A stretch of 64,000 nt of DNA from Camelus dromedarius (GCF_036321535.1 NC_087437.1:42720001-42784000), one strand, 5' to 3'. Shown: positions 38,570 to 50,629, counted from the first letter of the stretch. Made by a program: numbers and translations. Notes: a model not told the origin generated them from the sequence alone.

Positions 38570-41500
38570 ACGTTAGCTTCTGCTTATGGATGGAGTAGAA
38601 TAGTTTATAGCAGATCAGAATTTCTGTTGCAAACAAGCAGAAAAGCACGATTAAATGCCAAATCATCAGTTTGAGTGTCTTGGAGGGCTAGAAGCCAATG
38701 AGAAATGGATAAGGTATAACTTCTTCATGGAAGTGAGCTGACTTTCACAGCCATAGTTATCCTGGGGACGTTTGCCAATTCAGTGTGGGGAAAGGGCTGA
38801 GAATCTTAGCATTGCATTGAGGGAGAAGCACCTCTGGGTGATGGAGAAACCAGTAGTTTTGAGTAGGTATCTGGGGGGCCCAAGCACAGAGGTGTTTACT
38901 ATTCAGAAAAAAAATGCCAGTTGGGGGCTCCATGGGGTAGGATGCTAAAGACTCAAGTAGAAAGCCTATGAAAAACAATACAAAGTTTTGGCAGTCTTGT
39001 GAGACCCCCAGGAGGAATGGCCTTAAAGAAGCATCAGACTTTCAGCTGAAAACTCTTGTGAACCAGAGTGAACTAGAGGTAATCTCTTTCCAGGGCTGCA
39101 ACCCAGCCTCAACATGGAACAGTCCCCGGTTAAATTAAGATGAACTATTGTGTTGTCTGCCTAGGGAAGGAAAGGATGGATACATTATAGAGGAAGGTAC
39201 ATCATCTGGATCTTCTACAATCTTCTCTGTACAATATTCATCATTTAATAAAAATTATTAAGTATGCCTCAAACCACGCCAAGATAGCACAATCAAAATT
39301 GAAAGAAAAAGTAGACAATAAAAACACACTCATAGGTGATCGAGATATAGGATTTAACTAAGGAATTTAAAATATCTCTAGTGTATTCAAAGAAATAGAG
39401 GGAGAGATGATAAAGAATTTTACCAGAGTAATGGATTCTGTAAAAAAGGATAAAATGAAAATTCTAGGAGTGAGATATATGCTATCTGAAATTAACTGAT
39501 AAAGTGGATTAAACAACAGATTTAGATGTAGCAGAAGACAAGATTAGTAAACTCAAGAAAGTCAGTAGAAAATATCCTAACTTAAGCAGAGGAGTGAAAT
39601 AATGGATAATACATGAAAGAACTTTAGAGATCTGCGGAGCACAGAGAAAAGTCCTAACAGAAGTATAGTTGGAACTCTGTAAGCACAGAGTGAGACTAAA
39701 GCACAACCAAGAAAGAACTGTGGTGAGGAGTGAGGAAAAATAGTGAAATATGTGAATATACCTATAAAATGAATATTGACTGTGAGTTGACTGTTTAAGA
39801 CAGTAACAGAAGTATGTCTACCAAGTTTAAAATGCATGTAGAGTTAAAAAGAATGGCAACAATGGTATAAAACATGAGAGAGGGTAAGTGGAGTTAAAGT
39901 ATTCTAATTTTAGAACTAAAATTATTAGAAATTTGATAAAAATAATTATTTGTATTAAATTATAGTAAGTCAAGGATTCATCTAATTTCTAGGGTAAAAG
40001 TGAGGAATGGTAAGTGAGCATTTAACAAATTAATATAGGGAAAATGAAATATTTATATTAATTCAAAAAAGGCAAGAAATGAAAGAAAAAGGATCAAATA
40101 AAAAACAGGGAGCAATATGGGCAGATATATACCAAAATATATCAGTAATCATTTTAGATTCAAAAGTACTAAATATTCCAATTAAGAATCTAAGATTATC
40201 ATACTCAAAGAAACACAAACCCCAACTATATTCTGTTTATGAGAGATACAACTTAAATACTAGGACACAGAAAAGTTGGAAATAAAACTAGGCAGAAAGA
40301 AACAGCATGCAAACATCAACCATGAGAAAGGGAGGGCTCTACTTCTATCAGACAGTGTAGACTTTATGGCAAGAAGCTTTCTAGCCATTAAGAAGGTGTG
40401 CCAGTTAGTAATTTTTTGTCTCAGCTCCCACAGTATCTGGCGACCTGTAATTATGGAACCAAGTTCTATAGACTCCATTTCTGTTTTCTAGCCAGCTGGA
40501 GTGCCCTGCCCATAGAGGAGAAACACCACAGGCTGTAAGAGGAGGAAGGGATTTTTCCTCTTGGTAGCAGGTGGATAGGTTTGTAGGGATCCAGGCAGTT
40601 TTGTAGGGATCCAGGCAGCGTTTATCTCTGCAGTGGCTGCCCTCATTGTTCAGTGCAGATGTCCTTTGGCAGTTTCTTTATTATCCCAGCTTTGCTGCTC
40701 TTCCAGGTCCAAGGCAAGTGAATACAACATTAGTCACCATCTGCTGGCAGTGAGTTCCAGGGATCACCATGCCTTCTCAGAGGTCTGAATCCTAACCTGG
40801 AAGGATCTCCTCTAAGTTTCCAGATTCCTTTCTTGTTCATTTTCTCTCAGCCCTAAGGGGCAGAGCTTGCTAGCTGCAGGCTTTAACTCTACAATCCTTA
40901 GATTATACTCTTTCTACTCTTTTTAGTAGTCAACCACTTTTTAATCCAGTTAATAATTCTTTGTAGTAAATCTGTTGAATGTAGTTTCTGATCTCCGACT
41001 ATACCTCAACTGACACAAAAGGATATTTCATAATAAAAAGGGGACTATACAAGGAGAAGACAGCACAATTCTAAATCTGTATTCAGTCAGTAATGGCATT
41101 AAAGTACATAAAGCAAAAATTTACAGAAATAAAAGAAATTGACAAATTCTCAATCACAGTGGGAAGTTTAACATACCTCTCTCAATAGCTGATGGAATTT
41201 CAGACTCCCCCGTCCCCTTCCCCAGCCAAAAAAGAAAAAAAAAAAGGAAGAAGAAGAATAAACAAAAAAAGAAAAGATAGGAAAAAACCTTTAAGGATAT
41301 AGAAGCTCTGACCTATTAATACATGTAGAATCCTGCACCAAAGAACATCAGAACATACGTTCTTTCTCAAGTGCACTTGGAAGCTTTACCCAGTTTGACC
41401 ATGATTCAATCATAAGTCAAGCCACATTAAGTTTCACATTTTATATGGAAATACAAAAGGCCAGGAATAGCCAAATTAAACAGGAAGCAGAACAAAGCTG

Positions 41501-42900
41501 AAGGACTTAATAAGCCAGATAGTGAGAATTATTATAAAGCAATAATAAATAAGCAATGTGGCTTTGAATCAAGGGTGAACAATGAGACCTCTTGAACAGA
41601 ATGAAAAATCCAGAATAGACCCACTCATAAATGATCAATTATGACAAGAGTGACCCTACCATGGAATGGGGGAAATTATGGTCTTTTTAATAAATGGTGC
41701 TTGACTAAGTCAAATGGAAAAACCCAAATTTGTCTCCTACCTTATGTGACACAAAAATAAATTCCAAATGCACTGCAATACTAAATGTAAAAAAATAACA
41801 TTTCAAGTTTTTAGAAGAAAACATAAAATATTTTCATGACTTTGGAGTTGGCAAAGATTTCTTAGTCAGGACATAAAAACTAAGAAATTGGATTATAAGT
41901 AATAATTCTTGTTCATCAAAATCCACCTTGAGGAAAATGAAAAAGCCATTCAGGGAATGGGAAAAATATTTGTAACACATACTTGACATGAAGTCATATC
42001 CAAAATATATAAAGGACTTTCTTAAATCAATATGAAAAAGGCAGATAATCCAGTAGAGAAATGGGCCCAAAATTTTAGTAGACATGTCACTGGAAAAATC
42101 TCCAAATGGCCAGTAAACTTATGAAAAAGTTATTAGCTTCATTAATCATCAAGGGAATGCAAATTGAAATGCCAGGTTAATACAACCACAAATCCACCAG
42201 AATTACTAAAATTAAAAAGAGAAACAATATCAAGTGTTGACAGATATATGGCGTAGCTGGAACTCTTACATACTGCTGATATGGATGCAAATTGATACAA
42301 CCACTTTGGAAAACTATTTGGCAGCGTCTACTTCCTCCCACGCTATATCTAGACAAATTTTCCCCTATACACTCAGCACAAATGCATATATGTGCTCAAC
42401 ACAATATATGGGCAAGAATATTCTCATCCGGGCTATTCATAAAGACAAAACATTGAAAACATTCCAAATGTCCATCAATCGTAGAAAAGATAAACCAATT
42501 GTGTAATATTTATACAATGGAAAAATGTTACAGAGCAGTGGGAATAAGTGAACTGCAAGCAACCACATGGAAGAATATCACAAAACGTTAAGTAAAAAAG
42601 TCAGATTCAATAGAATGCATACTGTATGATTTACTTCAATAAAGGTCAAAGGTAGGCAAAACTGATTTGTGGTGTTACACGTCAGAAGAGTGGTTACTCT
42701 TGAGAGTAGTATATAGTGGTTACTCTCGGGTAGTGACTGAAATGCACCGAAAGAGTTCCTGGCTTTTTGGTACCACCATATCTTAACCTGAGAGCCAGTC
42801 ACACAAGTGTGTTCTCTTGATTAAAAAAAACATTGAGCTGTACATTTACAATTTATGTATTCTAAATATACATTATATATTGATAAAAGGTCTACATTAA
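38570..42900 (+). mobile_element. Old L1 (L1M-type): 5' region, ORF1/EN remnants, apparent internal deletion near 41430, ORF2 end and 3' UTR; antisense to SPATA16
   Basis: EN-like ccaaaatatatcagtaatcattttag...aaatattccaattaaga; ORF2 3' words ttatatggaaatacaaaaggccaggaatagccaaa, ggagttggcaaagatttcttag, gatacaaccactttggaaaac; UTR atactgtatgatttactt. Confidence 0.85.
40397..41017 (+). mobile_element. ERVL solo LTR (LTR33/LTR41-like) nested in the L1
   Basis: TG...CA termini (tgtgccag ... actgacaca) with a near-identical 5-bp TSD gaagg/aaagg. L1 sequence resumes colinearly on both sides. Confidence 0.75.
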
Positions 42901-45900
42901 GGAAATCACCAGTCAGGACAGTTTGAAGTTTCCCAGTTTTTGAACTTTGAGTTTACCTAAGGTAAACTTTCCCAAACACATGCCCTCTTGCTTCCCCACC
43001 TGCGATCTCTCTGTTGCATGAAAATACAAGTGATGAGGCAGGGAAAGAATCTGACAGTAAGGCAGAAGGTGTTTTTCTACAAAACTCTCCAGGAAGGCAA
43101 AACCACACAAGACAAATGAAATGCAGTTCATACGAGTGGCTTGGAAATGATCAGAATGTGTGTACGGTGGGTAGTGTGAGATTCTCTGCCTGTGTTTTCA
43201 GAGGCCCTAAAGAGCCTGAACAAGCTGCAATGGACATGCAGAAATTATTGGCTGTCGTTACCATAATTTTTAAAAGTTCAGTTATGGTAAGGGGAAAAAA
43301 ACCCTTCTAGGGTTGCTCTTTTATGACCCAATCTCACTGCCACTGTTTGATACGTTAATTGGTCGATATGATGACCTGATGGCCAGATCAGTGACCCAGG
43401 ATCAAGTGTCCTTCGGTCAGCACTCAAACCTGGGGAAAGGTGAAAAGAAGGATGTATTGGTAGAAGTCAAGGAGAACCAGAGAAGGCATTGACACAAGGC
43501 CCCTTCCCTTTTTGGTTGCCGTGAGGATGAGTAGGCTTCCCCTGTCCTCTGCCGTGGGAAGGAGAAAGAAAAGGGTAACTGCTGGAGTTGGAGAGATAGA
43601 CATGAGAGAATCAAGCTTCAGTTTTATTAAATACTTACCCAAAGAAACTATTTAAAATCATTACTGAGTTGTCTCTGATTGGTAAGTATGAACAGTCCCT
43701 CTCTGCATTCCCACTTTCCAGCTTTAGAAGAAGTGAAGACTTAAGAGCTCACTCAATGAATTATGCTACCAGATTTTAAGGACTAGGATTTTTCTCTGCC
43801 CTCACTTTACATCTGTACCAGCATAGGGCAGCATCTCCTGGTATGAACGTCCCGGTATGAACGTCCCGGGAGTGAAGCAGTGTTATCAAGCTTGGAGGAA
43901 GAGAAGAATCAGGCTCCTTTGTCAAACTCCACCTCCCTCCCCCCATAACTCATCTCTGTCCCATTATTCTTGTGAGCATATTGTTGATATGAAAGATCTG
44001 GAAGAATGAAAAAATATTGAGAATTAGGGAGGTGGAGAGATAAGTGGAAAACAGAGGTAGTCACCTGCTATTGGGAGATAAGACAAAGCCAGATGACCAG
44101 TTTAATGTGGGTACTGGCTGAGCAAATTCTTTGACAACAGACAGAATAACATGAAGGTCCGTGGAAGGCAGAATTTCTAGGAGGAAAATGGGAAGAAATG
44201 GCAACAGCGTGAGAAGCTTCTATGAACTGCAGATCATACTTCCTTTTCTGTATTCATGGAATTGGCCAATGAATGTTTGAGCCACATCTGAATGGATTCT
44301 ATTCATAGTCAGCTCGAAATGTTTGAATTAATAGATGTTATGATTTTAAAAGCATATCAAGTCTTGTTCCTCAGTCTGGTAATGACTCATGTTTACCATC
44401 ATGTTCTTGTCACCATTAACTACATTAGTGAATATCAACGATGAGGAAATTAACTGCGGTCTGAACTTTTGAGAGTCTTTAGTTGAGCCTTGCCCCCAAT
44501 ATCTAAGGAGATTAGATGCCTTCTATGTGTTTCTCCTCCATTATCCTCATTATCCAAGTAGGATCCCATGGACTCCCGACCGACACACACACACACAAAG
44601 ACACACACAGACACACACACAGATACCCCTCCCTACATTAGACTAGATACATTTGGGAATATATGCTGAGGGCTGACTGTGGAGGCCATGGGACTATTGC
44701 AATCGGTTTTTTTTTTTTTTTTTTCTACGATTTAAACCTGGGTTTCCAAATGTCTCTTGAACAGATTTGTGAAGTGGTTATTATGTCATAGTTTTGCTCC
44801 TTATACCTTCACGTTAACAAATTAGAGCTGATTTCTAACAAGATAAATGCACACTTTTCTTGGAAGGGGGTGACAATACAATGTCTTCTCAGACTATAAC
44901 TTAGGTGATCTTTAAAGACAGCACTGAGTTCTTCTGCTTGAGTCATGCTGGCTAATAGGAATTTAAGTGATAACTGGTAGGCGTGCATTGAAGCATTCAT
45001 GCATGTGAAATCAGATGAACACCCAGAATTGGAATTTCCTAAGGAAAGTTATTCTAGCAGAGTAACACGGGCCCGAGTTGAGTGCCAAGAACTTTTAAAC
45101 TAACATGTGGAACTATCATCCTAATAAGTAACAACTAAAGGTGCCTGAAGAAAAGCAAGACCAGTATTTTCAAATCTGTATTTTCAAACACATTTTAAAA
45201 ACAGCAGCTCCAACAGAAGTATATCCAAGTCTCTTTCTCTGTTAAAAGGAATTTAATTTTACTGTCTTAATTTTGATTCCATGTAATAATGCTTACTCTT
45301 GAAAGGCACACCTACAGATTATTTAAGTAAATCTTAAGTAAGTAAATCTTATTTACTGTAACAAATTGTATTTACTTATTAATAAGATTTAATTAATTTA
45401 CAAATAATTTAATTACTTTTTTCATGTATTTATTTATTTCAATTTAATAAATCTTATTTAAGTAAATAGCCAGATAGAACAACTAATTCATCTATGAAAA
45501 TAATTGAAACCAAGAGCTCTGATTTCTACTGGTAATTTCTATTTGTATTTAGTGATCATAATACTAGTCTTCCTGGAATATTTCCTTTTAAATGATCTAC
45601 TTAAAACCGTATCAGTTTTCTACTTATCATTCAGTTCTAGATTGTAATGTGACTTCAGCTTCAGCATCTACTTATTAAAGTTAAAGGGACACATTCTAAT
45701 GCTTATCCTGTGTCAGATCAGCTCTGTTACCTTTCAAAGTTGCCTAAAATCTGTGAAATATTAGTGGTTCAAATGCACGAATCACTAACATTTCATAATA
45801 GACATACTTAGGAGTATACAGATGTATATATAACATTATATAAATACATAAGTAAATCTACCCCTTAAGGCTTTCTAAAATGTAGAGATAAAACTGAATC

Positions 45901-47717
45901 TTTGCACACTTATTTTGCAGCCGTTTTTCCCATCACATGAAGAATTTGGAATGATGTTAATATCAGTCGTGGCCATTGTGTTCTATTTTCTTACTTACAA
46001 AATGAGGTTATGATAATATTTCCCTCATGTAGTTGTTGAGAAGAATAATAGAAGAAAGTTGCCTGGTAATTGTAAGTGCTTGAAAAATGTCAACTATTTA
46101 CTATTATTGTAATTTTTTATTATTGTTATTATTGCTCAGCAATTTTTAAAAATTAGACAATCAGGAAAATGTTCTTTCTAGTGGACCCCTCACTCATACT
46201 CATTCATCATGTATATTTTGAAATTTAGCCAGAGCTATGATAAGTTATGGCCTCTACTTCACTGATCTTTAAACTAGACTGTTGTAATATTTTATTTTAT
46301 TAACATCCCTGAAAAAATTCAACAAGGTTCTTCACGGGTGCAAAATGTTACAACTTGAATGTTACCTTTCAGGAAGATGACAGTATATTTTACACCAGTT
46401 GAGAGACAGTAATCTGGACTCCCTGGTGTAAAAGGATTCAAATACCCTTGAGCATACAGTATTTGTGTGGCTTTCGTTACAATAGCCTACCATTGTTTGG
46501 ATACCTGTTCTCCTAGTGTCACACAAAAGGAAAAAAAAAACAAAAGAAATTTCAGTCAAATTCTACAGAGATGTGGCTTTAGTCATTGTGTGTCTTAATT
46601 AGAAAAAATTCTCCTGCAGGTGGGTTTATGCCTGGGGATTATTTTAAGGTCTTATATACCATGATGATCATTCATGTTCATTTGTTGTTTTGTAAGTTGT
46701 AAAAGTTGTAATTAATTTCCAGTGTACTGGTTTCACTGCTCAGAATATGAACTTTATGAATTTAGGGCAGACTCTGTTACAAGTAGTTATTTTCCATTCT
46801 GAACTGTGACAAAGAAAAAAAAGAAGGTATTTTTCCTGAATAGCCTCTAAAATCATTTCTCTTTGGAAATATCTTTGAAAATGACCAGATTGAAAGCTTT
46901 AGCTATTTGGTTATAATAACACTGAAGAGTAACAGATTGAACAGGGTTGGACAGGTACTTCAATGAAAAGTCCACTTTGGGAACAAAAAACATCACATTT
47001 CTATCTTGATTATGTGCTTGTATTACACACCATGACAACTCACCAGTTTAGGTTGGTTCTATACACTTGAAAAAGAGGCATAAAAATTAAAACCTCTCTG
47101 AAATCCTGTATTACGCAGTCTTGCCTCTGGTTGTATCCCTTTCTGTCAAATCAGAATCAATATTTCATTCCTTATTCAAATGAAGACAATGAAGAAAAAT
47201 GTGTGCAGAGTTAGGGTTGAAGGATTCTGGCCTATCTCTTGCTTCCAGTGCATCCTTTTTTTCTCTTCTCTTTCTCTTTCTTATTATTTTCCCAGTATTT
47301 TTCCAATATTTTTTTTCCTAAAAATTTTCTTCCATTTGGAGGGAAACAGTCCATCCAGCCTGCAATAATAACTAAAAGAAAGCATCTTTACAGCATCCAG
47401 CGTCTTACTGGTGAAAATGAAAGGATCCAGAGCCCTTTGATATGTGTAACAACATTATTAGCACACTACATTTAATCATAAGGATTAAACAACAATATTT
47501 ATCATTACAAATAACGTTTTTATGCATTTATTTCAAGCTAGTGGCTTACTAAAAATGGGAAATATTTTGTTGTTGTTCCAAACTCAGAGACTCTTACTGA
47601 TACCTATAAAAATTTTATAGACAAATAATGTGAAAAGCAAATTTTAAACAAGCTTGACAGCTATTTTTCATTGCTCGTGCTAAATCTCCTTTGAATGGCA
47701 GGCTTCTTGTACAAGAC

Positions 47718-47850
47718 ATTCATTCATTCAACCGTTCATTCACTCATTCGTACATCAGACATCTCAGAGCACACATCTTATGCCAGGTAGGATGTTAGAG
47801 TACCCAGATGAAGACGTGGTCTGTGTCTTAGAGAGAGCTCAGATGGACTT
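47718..47850 (-). mobile_element. L2 3' tail
   Basis: ttcattcattcaaccgttcattcactcattc...tatgccaggtaggatgttag. Confidence 0.7.
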
Positions 47851-48379
47851 TCTACCTAAAACCATTCTCAGTTACACTGGACATCTTCAGGCCTCAGCAA
47901 TATTATGAGGTACAGACACAGCGATACCATGAGTTAGGGAGACACAGCCTACATAGCAAATGATAAATACAATCTGGCCTCTGCAATAGTGATCACCTTT
48001 TGCTTGACACAAGGTAGTGTCCTCATAGTATAGACTTTATTAAGGAATACAAGTTAGAACAAAACAAAAATTCAAAGTCTGTTACTCGGAAACCAAATAG
48101 GATCTTGGCCTTTCCTTTGTCATCAGAGTGGGGATGGGATAGTGTGTGCTGCGTAAGGGACAGGGAACCAATTTGGTACTCCTTGGCTTCCAACTGCCTG
48201 CAGGAAGTGATTTCTTGGCTACTTATTAGGGTTATCTATAGGCAACGTTCCTTGTTCCTCGGGTGAGAAGGAAGAAAGGAACTCCTGTCTTCCCCAACTT
48301 TCTCGAGCTTCCTCCTGAAGGCCAGCCCCCTTCCTTCTCACCCAGACAGGGAAGTTGGAAAGATGTAACTGAGCAGACA

Positions 48380-48600
48380 TGAATCGCCTCCTACCTGCGC
48401 AGTTGTGGCTCAGCCCGGAGGGGGCAGGGCGAAGCTTTGGACTTCTCCGAGCTGCCGCATCTGACCACGCCCAGATCCAAACGTCCCAGTCCGAGGCCAC
48501 TTTGGTCTCTGTGCTCGCGGGGACGCCCAGATTTGAAACGTTACTGTCCACGTGACTGCGCCCCGCCCCTTCGCGCGCGGCCCCACCTACAAGCCCTGCC
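48380..48600 (-). promoter_or_regulatory. Small CpG-rich promoter of SPATA16
   Basis: Local GC/CpG enrichment with a GC box CCCCGCCCC (48561-48569), E-box CCACGTGAC (48548-48556), TTTGAA (48532-48537) and TCGCGCGCGG (48571-48580). Confidence 0.75.
48395..48545 (-). other. SPATA16: Putative non-coding exon 1 of SPATA16 (TSS approximate)
   Basis: Lies in the only clearly CpG-dense patch of the window and ends at the donor gcgCAG|GTAGGA (GT at 48394-48393). It is ~22.8 kb upstream of exon 2 on the same strand, which fits the known non-coding first exon of SPATA16. The TSS is inferred, not observed. Confidence 0.65.
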
Positions 48601-48847
48601 TGGGACACCTACCTGCAAGGCACCTGAGGGTTTTTTTTTTCAATCGTAAAAAATGTTTATATTTTTTCTTTAGGATTCTAAAAGTAATATGATCATTAAA
48701 AATATTTGGGAAAATGCAAAAAGATGTACATAAAGTAAAAATTACCTGTAGTCTTATATGAAACACTAGGACCTTTTAAATGTATATCTTTGCAATCTCT
48801 TTACCATGAATAGATAAAAAAAAAAAATATATCGTGCTTCCTCTCTA

Positions 48848-48854
<7 letters not shown>

Positions 48855-48890
<36 letters not shown>
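48855..48890. repeat. (CA)18 microsatellite ~300 bp upstream of the promoter
   Basis: Read directly from the sequence. Confidence 0.95.
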
Positions 48891-48891
<1 letters not shown>

Positions 48892-48949
48892 GGACACAGG
48901 TAGGGTATCCATAAATACAGTTTATAAGGTTTTTCATAGCTTTTCTTTT

Positions 48950-50060
48950 TTAAAGAAAAATACTTAATTTTTTTACTCTGAAATATACATATGTATGAGT
49001 TAAAGTTCTATTGTGTATATGAAAAAGTAAATATATTTTTTAAAAGGTAGTCATGTACCTTCCACACATTTTAGTAGAACATTATCAATACATTTGAAGG
49101 AACCTAGGTACCCCTAAGGACTGAAGCTTTCTCTTCAGGACTATTATGGATTGTACAACATAAGCCCCCTTGCTTTTCTTTATAGTTTAGTGAATGATGA
49201 ATGTATCTTTTCTTAAAAAAATATCATACATGTACAGAAAAGTGATTCCCCAACTACAAGTGTGTTCAGTAAATTATTATAAAGTGAACCGGCTAGGGTA
49301 ACTGCCACCCAAATAAAAGAATTAAAGCATTCTTGGCACGTCAGAAGACCCTCCTAATCACTATGCCTTTTCTACTCCCCACAGGTAATGACCATCTTGG
49401 CTTCTAACACCATAGTTTAGTTTTGCCTGTTTTTGAACTTTATAAAACTAATCTAGTCATTGTTTTACTGCTCTATTCTGCCATTGATTATAGTTATCTT
49501 TTATAAAGTACACTCAGCATGATGACTATGTAAATTGCAAGTCTACATTTGGCCCACTTTACTCAACACTGTCTAGAGTCATTTTGCATGCCATTTGACA
49601 TTGTACTAAACGAAAAATTAGTTTTGCATTATGTTCTAGTGAATGGATGTACCATGATTTAATTGGAGGTATAGTTTTTATTAGGGGGGACAGTTTCTCC
49701 TAAGCATATGTATTCACTTCCATGTCTTTTTGTGTACACCTCTGAGCTATTTCTGTAAAGTTATTCCTGTAAATGGAATTCCTATGTCAAAGAGCACTAG
49801 CTTTTTAATGGTCTGGTGTCCTGCTGTCATTTTGCTTTACTAAAAAATAATGCCAATTTATAGTCCTGCTAGTGGTATGTGATGGTGTCTCATTTCAACT
49901 TCCCCAAGGTTAATTTTTTTATCTGTTAATTTGATAGCTGAGAAATATTTTCTCCTTGATGTTATATATGTCTCCTACATTTGCACTCCTTTGATTATAG
50001 GTGAGGTTGATTATACATGTTTATTACTAGCTTATGCATTTATTTATACAGTTTTATATA
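48950..50060 (-). mobile_element. Old L1 3' region (L1ME-like), fragmented
   Basis: catacatgtacagaaaagtg...gggtaactgccacccaaat...tctaacaccatagtttagttttgcctgtttttgaactttata. Confidence 0.75.
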
Positions 50061-50629
50061 TGGTTTATTCATACATTTCCCCCCTAGTCTCCTCAAATTT
50101 TGACACAGGTCTCTCAAGCCTGTTGTGCTTGAGTCCCTTAGGTTAACATTAATGAATTGTGGTCCTTAAGTCAATGATTGGGCTAACTCTCAGAAATATG
50201 ACAGAAATTCCTTCAGAGTTCTTTAATATCTGTTGAATCCCCTGCCCCCCCCCCCAGATGGCCAGATTGTGATGAATAATTTCAATTTCACTATCTCACT
50301 GCAGTAACTAAGTGAGGTAAATAAGGTTTCACTACTGTCACATTATAGCTGAAGAAAATGAGGCTGAGTCCATACGTGACTTGTTCAGGTTGCTGAATGG
50401 GCCTTTGAACTTGTATCTTCCCACTTAGATCTTTACTTTTGACAGTCTTGAGCTGAAAATTCTTCCTCTGTCATCACAGATCAAGTAGTTGAGTTTCTGT
50501 TATGTGTGGTATCTGTATTTGATACTCAGGGAGAGAGTTTGCAAAGGAGTAAGTAGTTGCTATAGAATGCAAACCACATGAGATTGCCTCTTATACCCCA
50601 TAATTACAGGGAGATGTGCCATCAAGGAA

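Larger units (their letters stand above)
25589..48394 (-). other. SPATA16: SPATA16 intron 1 (inferred)
   Basis: GT at 48394 and AG at 25590-25589 on the minus strand; repeat-rich interior. Confidence 0.65.

Noticed and set aside
43360..43420. ATGATGA...CTGA as a C/D box snoRNA
   Set aside because: Boxes are too close together, there is no terminal stem, and it is on the strand opposite the host gene. The surroundings may be decayed LINE.
46366..46490. Alternative frame AIVTKATQILYAQGYLNPFTPGSPDYCLSTGVKYTVIFLK as a fossil protein exon
   Set aside because: Protein-like to the eye but preceded by an in-exon stop and not confidently matched to any family. The FTP/TGVK words are explained by the DNA hairpin. 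A tBLASTn/HMM search would settle it.
47038..47100. Strong minus-strand donor CTG|GTGAGT at 47044
   Set aside because: Only weak acceptors nearby (22- or 54-nt exons); isolated consensus donors are expected by chance in long introns.
48219..48649. 129-aa and 70-aa ORFs across the promoter
   Set aside because: Non-ATG starts, open frames expected in GC-rich DNA, and the minus-strand frame is out of phase with exon 2 at the 48395 donor.
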